From contig NC_043001.1 of NCBI RefSeq assembly GCF_006345805.1, positions 118,916,001 to 118,980,000 on the forward strand: a stretch of 64,000 nt of DNA. The letters are read 5' to 3'. The DNA comes from Octopus sinensis (lineage: Eukaryota). Position 1 is the first letter of the stretch. Each line of letters opens with the position of its first letter. The translations under genes and the position numbers were made by a program. The notes beneath the pieces were generated by a model. It was not told where the DNA came from and made no database searches. It saw nothing but the letters and a program-made list of their open reading frames with translations. Below, piece after piece: positions 52,015-64,000 of the stretch.

Positions 52015-53675
52015 TAACACTCTTCAGAATGCGAATATAGATAGATGCATCGGTTAGGATGCGAAAATAATTGATACATATGTGATTGTAATGTAAACAA
52101 AGGTATTAAGCCTTACATTCAATTTTTGTTTACATTACCATCACATATGTATCAATTATTTTCGCATCCTAACCGATGCATCGATCAATATTCGCATCCT
52201 GAACAGATTTACTTAAACCAGTAAACTGAAACGATCGTAAATGCTACCTTCATCTCTGATTCTTCCTTCGTTGTTATCTAATTAACTCTCCCTGTATATA
52301 TATATATATATATATAATTTATATAATTTTATAATAATTTTCCAATCAATGCATAAATAAATGTTTCTAATTTAGGTAATTTTGGGAGCAGATAACCATC
52401 ACATCAGTAATTGACTGCTCCTTTATTTTAACGACTTTGGAGAGGTGAAAGGCAGAGCTGATCTCTGTGGGACAGCTTTGATAACGTAAACAGCCAAAAT
52501 AGATACGGCTCAGAATTCTGTTAATATGCCACCGGGTAAAATAAATAAATGATTACTTGATGAAATACCATCGGAAGCACTGAAAAATGCCCTGAATATA
52601 TTTTGTCTGCACTAAGTGATTTGAAGCCGTAGTCGATAATTCAGTTTCTATAGCGCTCTCATGTTGACTTGTGTTGGATGCGATTTTAATTCTGCAATGA
52701 TTGAGGATCATCCATTAATGGCGATTTTAGCTGAAAGCCGTGCACGTCTAAAACATGAATCCGCAGAGGTTTGCCATACTTTTTTCCTTCTCATTAAGAA
52801 TGAACTAATAAGATGCTTAAACTTAATTTAAGCGTCCCTTTACTAAATCACTTCACATTCATATACCTCAATGACCTTCAACAAAAGTGTTAGTATTAGC
52901 AAGAAATCATTTAAGAGCGCCAGTTTTTATTATCTTCACAACGCACTTCAGTTCATTTTTGCTCTCCTTTCTTTGTTCGTCCATCTCTTCCTATAAATCT
53001 GTTATTTCTTCACCAAAAGGCCTTTTTCTCCGCTCATTAACAATCTTCCGTAACCGCGTCCGATGTTGGCAACTCTGAAACTTCTTGGAAGACTGCATTT
53101 TGGTAGTTTTTTGTGAAATTTTCCCATACGTTATTAATAAAATGCTAAAATGACTACCAAAAGTATTTTTAAAGCTATATCAAGGTTTTCGTTTTGTTAC
53201 TTCACTAGTTAATGTACATTAATCTTTAGGGTATGAAACATATAATGTCAAAACAAAAGATAAATTTGGAATGATTATGAATAGCATATAAACAAAATAT
53301 AAAAAGGCTAACGTTTGCAAATGGTTCTCTTAGCTTTGCACTGACCAGTGAAAATGGCACCGGTGAAGCAGTGGTGAAAATAGGAATAAACAGGGAAAAT
53401 TTCAAACCAAAGTAAAATGAGGGCAACCTGTAAGTTTACTCCATCATGTTCTCCAGAGAAACATCAGACAAGTCTTCACTGCTTTTTAAACAACAAATTA
53501 TGAAAAATAGAATAGATTAACTTTCTTGCATGTCCTAAAATCAGATTCATTAAATAAAACAAAATTACTGGCAAAAGACGAAGGAATTTTGGAGAAGGGA
53601 TTTATTTAACCTTACATGGTATAACTGACTTACAATTTGGATAACTAATAAAATGGTCACACACACACACACACA

Positions 53676-53706
<31 letters not shown>

Positions 53707-53721
53707 CACTCAAACACACAC

Positions 53722-53757
<36 letters not shown>

Positions 53758-53799
53758 ATAAGTGTGTGTGTGTGTATTTTTTGTCGTACATGTAGTTAC

Positions 53800-54450
53800 T
53801 TCTGTATTAGCGCTTCATGTTAGTGCCAACGAATTTGAGCACACCGATCTTCAGCTGACCCCTGAAGTTTCTCTAAGGTTTTTATATGAGTAAAATTCAG
53901 TGGAGTAAATATGTTGAAAATCATAGATTCCTTCAATATGTCACATAGATTGTTGCAGTTCGGTTGGGTGTAAAGATTGGGAGACCATGAATAGATAATT
54001 CATATCTAAGTGTATCTAAGGTTATTTCCCGAGTTATACTCTTAACAGTTATTCTCGTGGTCTTTATGATTTTGTAGCAGTTTCTGGTTTATACATGTGT
54101 TCGTCCAGGTTCCGTACTCGGTCATCTATTTACTGTTACTTCGCTTGAAGTTCATAAGAGATACTGACTTATGCACTAACATGAGCGTACATAGTGTTAT
54201 GGGATTAAAAGTACCTTCTGGTGAAGAGTCGTTTATAGTATAAGCCTGGTCAGGTTTTTAATTCCTATGAACAACTGTACACCATGTTATGTTGCTTAAA
54301 GTTCATGACAGTTTGATTTAAGGTGATTTAACAACAGGTCGGGCGACCATATTGAGGTTCCTTCGTCAGTTCGCAAAGGTTTTTGGGCTTATATGTTTTG
54401 TGCGGAAAGGAGAGAATGGAGACGTTTCTGAAATGTTGTAAAGAAACGGT
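53800..54450 (-). mobile_element. Possible highly degraded Penelope GIY-YIG C-terminal region
   Basis: Minus-strand PIFTP..KESMIFNIFTPLN resembles the PLE KE..FI..F.P.LN ending; weak. Confidence 0.35.
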
Positions 54451-56825
54451 TCTTTCCATTTCTTTTTAATAATTTGAAATATTTAAAAAGCTATCATAAG
54501 TATCGTAATATGAAGTCACAAATTCAAATGAACCTAAGGACATATTTAAAGAATTATAATTGTGCTTCATATAATAGATGAAACAACCATTTCTTTTCTT
54601 TTGTATCAGAAATTGATACTAGAACATGTGTACGCGTGTGTCCAGTGAGATACTAGGTTCTACTAATTATTCAAGAGTAAAATGGAGTCTGCTTCTGCAT
54701 TAAGGGCTGTTGTAGAACAATCCAGTCCCATCTACATTAAAGACATTATAAACGACCATCAACTACTTCTTTTATTCTTCTGAAACTACGCAGGATAACT
54801 TCTACAGAAGATGAGCGGGATACTGGCTGTTAAAACATTCATAATATTCTTCACAGCATTAGTGACGCCATTAAAATGAAATGGCTGAAGTAAAATCTAA
54901 AGTGGAAACAATTCGATGTGAGAAACTGCTACGTTGTTGTTTGATGTCCAAAAACAGCAGTTAAATCGTATACTCTACCATTTACAGAAAAGAGTACACT
55001 ATATAATGTGGCTCTAAGTATACCATCTCTGATGCAAAAGAAAAAAGTAACGAACAACTGGTTGCTTCCAACTGGTGTGCCCGAAAGGGCTTATCTGGGG
55101 TTGAACAATAATCAAACTGAAAATTGAGCCTATTCTGAGTTCACTATGATTCTCCTTTACTCGCATGAACTTCAATTTTTCCATTGTGTCCATTTTATTG
55201 CAATATTACCGATATCATTAAGACGAGTTTATGGAAGATCATTTGTATCTAAAGTAGACTGAAGTAATTTGTCTGTACCGAAGTCCTCCTGTCACCAAGT
55301 CTATCTGTTTTAAGTCAATTTATGCCAATATCACTGCTGCAAATATACTCACCACAATCTCATCCTCCTAGCAAGTCGTCCCATCACGTCATTAACTAAT
55401 AAATCTACCCGTATGAAAAACTGTATCGTTAATTGCCGACGTTGGTTTTTAGCTCCACCAAATGAGCTATGATCGAATGAACATTCTAGAAAGGTATTCC
55501 AGCAGTGAGCATTCCATAACGTTTTAAAGGCATAGTGTATCTAGTTGTGACTCCAACTGGTTCAATCGCAGATGATGGCACAATCCATTCCTATGGACCG
55601 AGACCATAGGAAGGCTTACATTATCCAATGTGTATTTCTCTTTTCTTTGTTAAGGTGTTAGGGTGTGATATGATTGTGATGGATGGTTTTCCTAGCAAGT
55701 CCAACGATCGAGCACACGCTTTCTACTTACTTTCGTGTAAATAATTTATTTATTGATGTGTCATCCACCTTATAAGGTGTCACCCACGTCTTTGAAACGA
55801 AATCTGCTCGAGTCAAAATTTGCTAAGCTAATTGCTTTGTTGCTAATATATTTTACTCACGTTATCCTTACCGGAAACATCCTCTTTACTACCATACGAA
55901 ATAGGTGCTGTATCAAGAATAACATGGAGTGAGGTACAATGTTTCTACCCACTATTTCTTCGAATCTAGGTGCGATAAAGCCGGAAGTGAAGACAAAGAT
56001 AAATCGCAGGACGTATTACAGGAATTATCGATCAAACTCTGTGTGAGATATTTCGTTTGACAGGAAGAAAAGGAAGGAAAATAAATATATTTTAGATCTT
56101 ATAAGACTAAATTAAATTTCAAACAGATAATTGGCAGAGAGATAAATGGAAACGATAAATATAGAGATAAATGGACATAATTATAGATAGAGAGGTAGAC
56201 AGGTTAGCGGAAAGGTAAATAAATAGATAGGAAACAGATAAGCTGGAAGAGTAAATAAATAGAAAGGTTGAAGCAAATAGATAAATAGATGATGAGACAG
56301 ACTAAAAGATAAATAGAAATAAGGATTAATTTAGGGATAAGAACAGGGGACCCCACGATATGTTGATTGATTGACGGCTGAAGATTGGGTGACAAGCCAT
56401 AATATTAAAAAAAAAGAAGGAAAGCAAGTATAAAAACTAAAGGTAAAAGAACTGAATCAAGGAAGGTGGGTATATACGCGTAAAAGAGATGTATATATAT
56501 AACAACACACACACAGAAAGAGAGAGAGAGAGAGAGAGAAGAGAAGGAAGGAAGGAAAGAAAGAAGGAAAGAATAAATAAATTCATATTTCTGTGTGATA
56601 CAAAGTGATGTGGAATTTCGTGGGAATTACAAAGGGGTGAACTCAGAATTTGATGGAAAGAAAGGATAAGTGTGTGTGTGTGTGTATTTGTGCGTGTGTG
56701 TCTGTGTGTGTGTGTGTGTGTGTGGTGTGTGTGTGTGAGAGAGAGAGTATAAAATGATGGAGAGACAGAAAGATAAAATAGAAGCAATAAAGTATGAGAG
56801 CGGAGTCAGGGAAAATAATGAGAGA

Positions 56826-56910
56826 GAATAAGAATAAGAATAAGAATAAGAATCAGAGTAAGAATAAGAATAAGAATAAGAATAAGAATAAGAATAAGAA
56901 TAAGAATAAG
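56826..56910. repeat. (AAGAAT)n hexamer repeat
   Basis: Direct reading. Confidence 0.95.
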
Positions 56911-57012
56911 AGTGATCGAAGATGAGAATGAAATATGAGAAGAAAATGGAGTAAGACTTGAAAAGAAAACATATAAAGCATTACTGAAAGCAGAAATAAA
57001 ACCCATTGTTTT

Positions 57013-57052
<40 letters not shown>

Positions 57053-57064
57053 GCGTGTGCGAGC

Positions 57065-57135
<71 letters not shown>

Positions 57136-57379
57136 GATATATACATACACATATATATAATATAAATAACATATATATATATATATTCTGTATATACATA
57201 CATATACGTACATACACTCATAACACACACATATATCTTCGGGATGTCTCGAAAATTTATACACATTTTAATAGCTGACAACTTACTTAATTTTCATTTC
57301 TGTTTTAGATTTAACCCATTAGAATAATGAAAGATGATTACCTAAACTTGAACAAAGTTAAATTTGTCATAAAGCACTG

Positions 57380-58464
57380 CCAAGAGTTCTTAAAGTGCTG
57401 CCGTCGAAGCGGAAATTTCGTTTAGGAGGGAGTTTCAAACAGATTCACCTACACGAATTACCATCACTCAAATTAGGGATAAGTTTAAATTAGATGGAAC
57501 TGTTCAGAATGTCCACAAGATCGTGGACATGGACGAGCCCCGCAATGCAAGAGATTGCATAAGAAACGTCTTGCGGTTCAAACAAATCTGAGTGAAGAGC
57601 GACTCACGGGTTAGGAAATTGAAAATCAAGTGTCCATCGCATTTCAAAGCGATATCATTGGAAAAGTTACGTTTCAAGGATAGTCAATGTGCTCAATGAG
57701 GATGATATGGAAAGAAGAGGGGGTTTTTGCATGTAGCTCTTGGCAAAATGTGTAGATTACACTTCTCAATAAAGATCGTTTGCTGAGAAGAGATAACATT
57801 TGGATTAAATGGCTCTCAGGACTCTAGGCTCTCAAATCTCCAGTAGCAATCGTGGCGGCTGATTGTAAACGCCAGAACTGCTACAGGAGACGTGACAATC
57901 TGCATATTACGGAGGAACAACATGTTAATTTATTAGGAATTACAGTATATCGCGGTTTACTATTAAAAAGATTAATTGTACTAATTTTTTTGGTAGAACT
58001 GTACGTGCTGCGACACAGTGTCATGCCAAGCATTGTAGAGAATTATGGCGATGTGGATTGTTATTTCAAGCAAAACTGGCCACATCACTACGCTACCATA
58101 GCAAAGTAAGGGCATATATGAGATTTCGATGAGATTGTGCCAAACAGGTGGTTTGGATAAAGAGATTCAATAGCGTATCCTTTGTGTTCACGGACCTCAC
58201 AACATAGACTTTATTTTAAAAAATAAGTTTTTCGGTACAAAACCGGCAACAGTCGACAAATGGAAGGCAGTCATAGAATGAGAATGTGCACAAATGTTTC
58301 TTGATGTTTGTGATTCAATTGCTTCGAGTTATCACAACTTTGTACACAGAAGTTCGTAAAAATATGAAATCTGCAGATTCTATTAAACTTTGAAAATGAT
58401 ATGTATATTAATAAACATTGTTGTTTTGTCATTCAATATGTGTATATATTTTTGGGAGAGCTTG
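57380..58464 (+). mobile_element. Degraded Tc1/mariner-superfamily element (rosa/DD41D-like)
   Basis: PTRITITQIRDKFKLDGTV, YFKQNWPHHY (FQQDGAPPH), NRWFG..YP..PDLTT; terminal gggagagcttg-TA resembles a gggacaccctg-TA TIR. Confidence 0.6.
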
Positions 58465-58469
58465 TACAC

Positions 58470-58503
<34 letters not shown>

Positions 58504-58610
58504 GCATACACGCACTCATTAACGTTTGTTTTTATGTTATTAAAAAAAGAAAGATTACTCAATATTTTTTGCAGAGTTGATATTTATTATTCTTTAACAA
58601 CAATAATATT

Positions 58611-59007
58611 CTTTTCTACTCTAGGTACAAGGCCCGAAATTTTTGGGGAGGGGGCTAGTCAATTGGATCAACTCCAGTACGCAACTGGTATTTGATTTAT
58701 CGACCCCGAAAGGATGAAAGGCAAAGTCGACCTCGGCGGAATTTGAACTCAGAACTTAAAGACAGACGAAATACCTATTTCTTTACTACCCACAAGGGGC
58801 TAAACAGAGGAGACAAACAAGGACAGACAGACGGATTAAGTCGATTACATCGACCCCAGTGTGTAACTGGTACTTAATTTATCGACCTCGAAAGGATGAA
58901 AGGCAAAGTCGACCTCGGCGGAAATTGAACTCGGAACGTAACGGCAGACGAAATACCGCTAAGCATTTCTCCCGGCGTGCAAATGTTTCTGCCAACTCGC
59001 TGTCTTA
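58611..59007 (-). mobile_element. SINE family A dimer (head + core-L + core-T) with 18 bp TSD
   Basis: Junction at 58774/58775; TSD tttaacaacaataatatt at 58593-58610 and 59008-59025. Confidence 0.9.
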
Positions 59008-59544
59008 TTTAACAACAATAATATTGACACACTCATATTATAATTGACACACACATATCATAATAGAGTACTTCGAGTGAAGCGTTATGTGATATTAGAT
59101 TGGATATAAACTTGTTATGGTCAAGACAATACACAATAAAATTCTAAAAACAAAAGCAGAATAACAGTTCAAGTTTTACGCTGTATTTCTTCGATATTTG
59201 AGGAGTCCTTCATCAGAACACGTGGAGAAATGGGTGAAGGAATATCACAATTATGGCTGCTCAGATATGAAGGAGAGGCTAGTGAGATGCGCAGACTGCA
59301 GTTGTTACAGTAGTTTGTCAGCTTTGTGTGTTGCTTAATGTTTCAGCCTCCTTGATTCGAAGATTACTTGCGTTTACGTTCCGCGGCCCTGATGAATACA
59401 GTATAGTCTTGTCGAAGGTTACCTGTGTTACGTTCAGTGACTCTGATCGATACAGAAAGGTCTCGAGCATGACAGATCAAGCTTTTTTGTTTCCATCAGA
59501 ACCGCGGAACGGAACACAGACAACCTGCGAATCAAGGATATATA

Positions 59545-59603
<59 letters not shown>

Positions 59604-60699
59604 AAGTATTGGGACCAGGAACCAGTTTGAAGATAACTTATTTCTTTCCTTTCACCAGCATCGGAGGCCCTAAAAAAGGGTTATAGGCAGTGCTATTCTC
59701 TCCTGACTAAACAGGAAAAACATAAAGTGAAAAGACACAAAGAGTTCACAAGGTGACTGTTTCGATACTTGGTTGTTTTCTGCAAACTAAGTTCGTTTGC
59801 CACTTGACTTTGCTCTTTAAATAATTTTCAAGTGCCTTACAAAGATTTATAATTTGAAGCGACAATAATCAAAAAATATAGCGTTGTTGTGATATTCGTG
59901 TTTTACATCAATGTTTTCCATCGGAGAGCAGACCCAACCACCACCACCAAGTAGAGGGGGTCGGAAGGGTCGAAATGGAGACGGAAAAATTGCCGTGTTT
60001 AATAAAATTAAGATGATTTTACACTTTTTAAACTTGTCTAACACCATAGCAAAGGAAGAATTATATGGATGCAAACTTTATTTTGTCATCTCATTAATAA
60101 AACGGCGGAAGGAGGCAAATATTTTTTATAATAATTTGGTGGATGGTCAATTTACGAACCATTTGTTCATATGATGCATACATACACACACAAAATACAC
60201 ATACAGGCATACAGATACAAACATATACGCAAGTGTGTTTGAGTGTCTACGACATAACTTAAAGACAGTGGCGGATAGTGGGACGGTAGGAAGAGTGGAT
60301 GATACAAAAAAATAAAATAAAAACAAAAAAAAGAAAAAGTAAAAAGAAAAAAAGAAACAAAATTATCCTAAAATTGTCATACATCATATTGCAACCGACA
60401 AGCTACATACCAACCCGACCACAGGCAAGCGAAACAAATAAAAACACACTATAAAGAAAAAACAAAACGAACACAAAAACAAATTAAAGTTTAACACGTT
60501 CTCACGTCAAACTGTGAAGAAATTCGACGGTAATCAAAGATTTACGACATGTGACTGGCTCTATTTTCATTTTGTCTCTAGTTGTTGTCAGTCTGGTGAT
60601 ATTGTTGTTGTTGCCATTATTGATATTGATGGTGCTGCAGCTGTGATTGTCTTAAGAAAGCACTAGGTGTCGTTGCAGGCGTTGACATAAAAGTGCACA

Positions 60700-60920
60700 A
60701 CATAGAGTCGAAACAAATACCGCGAGCCAACTCGTCCAACGCTCCAACGGTTCTGCTCTACCCTGGGGCTCTGCATTGGCAGAATATATTTTTTTCATCG
60801 ATGTCAAAAGGTTGAAACACACAGTTGAATTCGGCAGGATTTGAACGCTGAATGTAGAGGACTGGAACAAATAGTGTAAAGAATTCTATTCCACGCTCTA
60901 GCAACTCTTCCGATTCGTTG
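60700..60920 (-). mobile_element. Degraded SINE A pieces split by a short insertion
   Basis: gaaacaaataccgcg, ttcggcaggatttgaacgc and gaacaaatag motifs. Confidence 0.5.
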
Positions 60921-61417
60921 CCATTTCAATAATTGTCGAGATCACATCACTGTTTCAGGAAAACGACAGAATTCTATAAATTGCGCAAACCTTTCGTTAG
61001 AGTACACATGACCTCAGTTACCAAGGACTTAAGATAAAGATCCAATTTACAACCGATATCACAGTCGTTTCAATGCAGAACACGTCTTTTTTCATTTTTT
61101 CATTTATTTATTTATTTTTAACTTAGGTTTTTAAGGTTTTTAACAAGAAGTATCTTCCACAGATGAAATAAATGGATGTCTCCACACGCACATACACACA
61201 AGCACACTCATAGACACAAACACACACACATACACACAAACACATAGTTATACACACACATATATGTATTCATACATGCATGCATATATATGTAGATTGA
61301 TATATAGGTATAAATATACACTCACATAACACTCCCCACATATACTCTTACATGCATATATATAGATAGATACACACACATATGCATATGTATATATGTA
61401 TATATATATATATATAT

Positions 61418-61500
<83 letters not shown>

Positions 61501-61848
61501 CATACACACTCCCACACGTGCGTATACCTATACATAACTACACGATAATATGATATAGATGAAATTTGATTATTTATAAATTTAAACGTTTTAAGTGTTA
61601 TTTTTGCTGTTGTTTAGATCCAGGTCACAACAGGTCGAAAACACCTATAAATTAAAAGGCGTTCCAAATATGACCAATCCACATCCATAACTACATTATG
61701 CAACCAATTTTATCATATCATGAAACACTAGGGTGTGACTTCAAGTGGGTGGGGTGGACAGGAAAGTGATTTGGCTGCTCTTTCAGCAGGTACAGTGACC
61801 ACGTTGAAACGCTCACTCTCTCTCTTTAGCCTCTCCATTAAGTAAATG

Positions 61849-62106
61849 CAATTATTCTCAACCATTTTTTTTACCTATGGTCCCCTTTGATTCCTATTCT
61901 ACCCGGGTAGACCTCATTACCATTCGATACTTTAAAAAAAAAACCTCATTATATTTTTATAATTAAATATTATTAGGAATTGTATAAAAAAAATGGTTAA
62001 AATATTTTGTGTATTGTAAACATACAACCAATTTATTGAGCATAAATTTTTAAAAAATGGTATGGACGTCCCCAAAGGTGATATGGATCCCAGTTGAGAA
62101 CCACTG
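61849..62106. mobile_element. hAT-type MITE
   Basis: Right TIR gttgagaaccactg; decayed left TIR caattattctcaacc. Confidence 0.6.
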
Positions 62107-62499
62107 ATTTAATTGAATGGGCTCTGCCCATGACCACCACCGTGAGATTAGAACCCAACAAAAATGCCTGATGTTTATCTCCTCATAGCGTACCTCTCAC
62201 TCTCTCCTTTTCGTCTCTCTTGCTTTATCTCCCGCCTTACTCCCTATTTCTTCTTCACACACACACACACACACACACAGAGGCACGCACACACACATAT
62301 CTCCCCCTCCCCTCCTCTTTCCCTCTCTGAATCCAGTGCATGTTCATATTTGGGCATCCGAGGTAGGTGTTTACATCGAAAGGTGAATGTAGACTTGCCT
62401 TTCTGTTGTCACTGGCGACACGGCCAAGTTCCTCCTTTCGAAAACACGCTCACACGGACACAGACGTTTAGAAATTAACATAGTGATAGACACCGATTG

Positions 62500-62611
62500 T
62501 TACAGATATATACATATATATACACACATACATACATGCAAGCAGACAGACGGACATGCATACGTACTTGTACACACGCACATACATATGTGTGCGTATA
62601 ATTATGTATAT

Positions 62612-62642
<31 letters not shown>

Positions 62643-62653
62643 GTACATATATG

Positions 62654-62689
<36 letters not shown>

Positions 62690-62699
62690 TATATGTATG

Positions 62700-62742
<43 letters not shown>

Positions 62743-63403
62743 CACACACACAAATACATATATATATATATTATGTGTGTGTGTGTGTTTGCGTGTGTGT
62801 GCATATAATTAGGAAAATAGATAGATGAAGCAACAGTTCGACATAAAAACTTACAAGTAGACAAATATAAAGGTAGTGAGATGAGAGAAAGATGTATAGG
62901 AGATTTTGTAAACAGAGAGAGGGAGAAAGTAAGACAAAGAAAGAGAGAGAGAGAAGGAGGGAGAAGAGAGAAATAGATAGATAGATACAAAGACATATAG
63001 AAAACTATACAACTAGGGAGAGAAAGAGAGAGATAATGGAAGAACAAGTTATATGTACGGACAGAGGCACAGATGGTGGGCTTGCATAGGTAGGCAGAAC
63101 TTACGTAGCTCAAATATACGCATATGGACACACCCATATAATTACATTTATACACACCTATTATAAGATAGAGAGATCGATCGAGAGCAGAGGAGAGCGT
63201 TAGTGTGTGTGTGTGTGAGAGGGAGAGAGGGAGAGAGAGAGTGGGTGAATGAGAGGGAGATTGAGTGAGAAAGATTGTGAGAGAAGACGAGAGAAAGATG
63301 AATAAAAAGGGAATGTGTTAAAATTCAAACGCATACATAAATACACACATACAGATACTCAGAAAATTTCAAGCTTACATATACACACACGTATACACAC
63401 ATG

Positions 63404-63443
<40 letters not shown>

Positions 63444-63624
63444 CATGCATACACGCATACAAGGACGCTTTCAAATACATAATACATTTGCACTTTTTTA
63501 TGTCCATACATGTATACTTATGTTGACTTATATATCTTTATGCATATATAAATATATACATGTGCAGGCATATGCACATGTAGAGCATAAATACCTTCCA
63601 GCATTCATCCAACGGTACCTGCAG

Positions 63625-63674
<50 letters not shown>

Positions 63675-63828
63675 TATATATATATATATGTATATGTGTG
63701 TGTGTGTGTGTATACATACGTACATACATACACATATACATACACACACACATATATATATATATATGTATATGTGTATGTATGTACGTACGTATGCATA
63801 TATATATATATATATAGTGAAGAAATAA

Positions 63829-63882
<54 letters not shown>

Positions 63883-63930
63883 ATATATATTTATATTTAT
63901 AAATACATGACCACATACATAGGGTATATA
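62500..63930. repeat. TA/TG/CA/GA low-complexity field
   Basis: Direct reading. Confidence 0.9.
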
Positions 63931-64000
63931 TGCATTTAAGCTCGCAAAAATGACATATAACCCCAACACATTCACGCATAAATACATACATGTGCAAATC

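Larger units (their letters stand above)
50654..52285. mobile_element. Foldback element (~170 bp arms) interrupted in its left arm by the mariner
   Basis: Inner arms 52023-52101 / 52124-52203 (4 mismatches in 79); outer arms 50666-50731 / 52211-52277 (about 7 in 66). Confidence 0.9.

Noticed and set aside
59170-59420. CTGATGA...GAA hammerhead-like strings on both strands (also ~47790, ~53860)
   Set aside because: Helices II and III cannot be formed and the GAAA-NUH core is incomplete

Overview
Eukaryotic, AT-rich, mostly non-coding DNA, very likely from an octopus. This is inferred from the extreme microsatellite load and from SINE families I recognise as octopod-type; it was not checked against a database. 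The window is a mosaic of simple repeats (TA, CA, TATG, AAT, CTT, GA) and transposon relics: Penelope-like elements, an L1/Tx1-type 5' half, CR1, RTE and R4/Dong-type 3' ends, at least five Tc1/mariner relics, MITEs/foldbacks and many tRNA-headed SINEs. I found no complete protein-coding gene, true tRNA/rRNA gene or CRISPR array. Most ORF-track entries are microsatellite translations and the informative ones are transposon remnants. A few splice-site-bounded open segments may be exons of a large-intron host gene. The most notable structures are: (1) monomer/dimer/trimer SINE insertions, each bounded by a single 16-19 bp target-site duplication; (2) an (AAT)n field holding an R4/Dong-type and a CR1 3' end; (3) a ~580 bp foldback with a hammerhead-like motif; (4) a near-full-length mariner inserted into one arm of a foldback element; (5) STPR-like 23-aa repeats. 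I see no firm evidence of a wholly new biological system. Coordinates of degraded elements are approximate.
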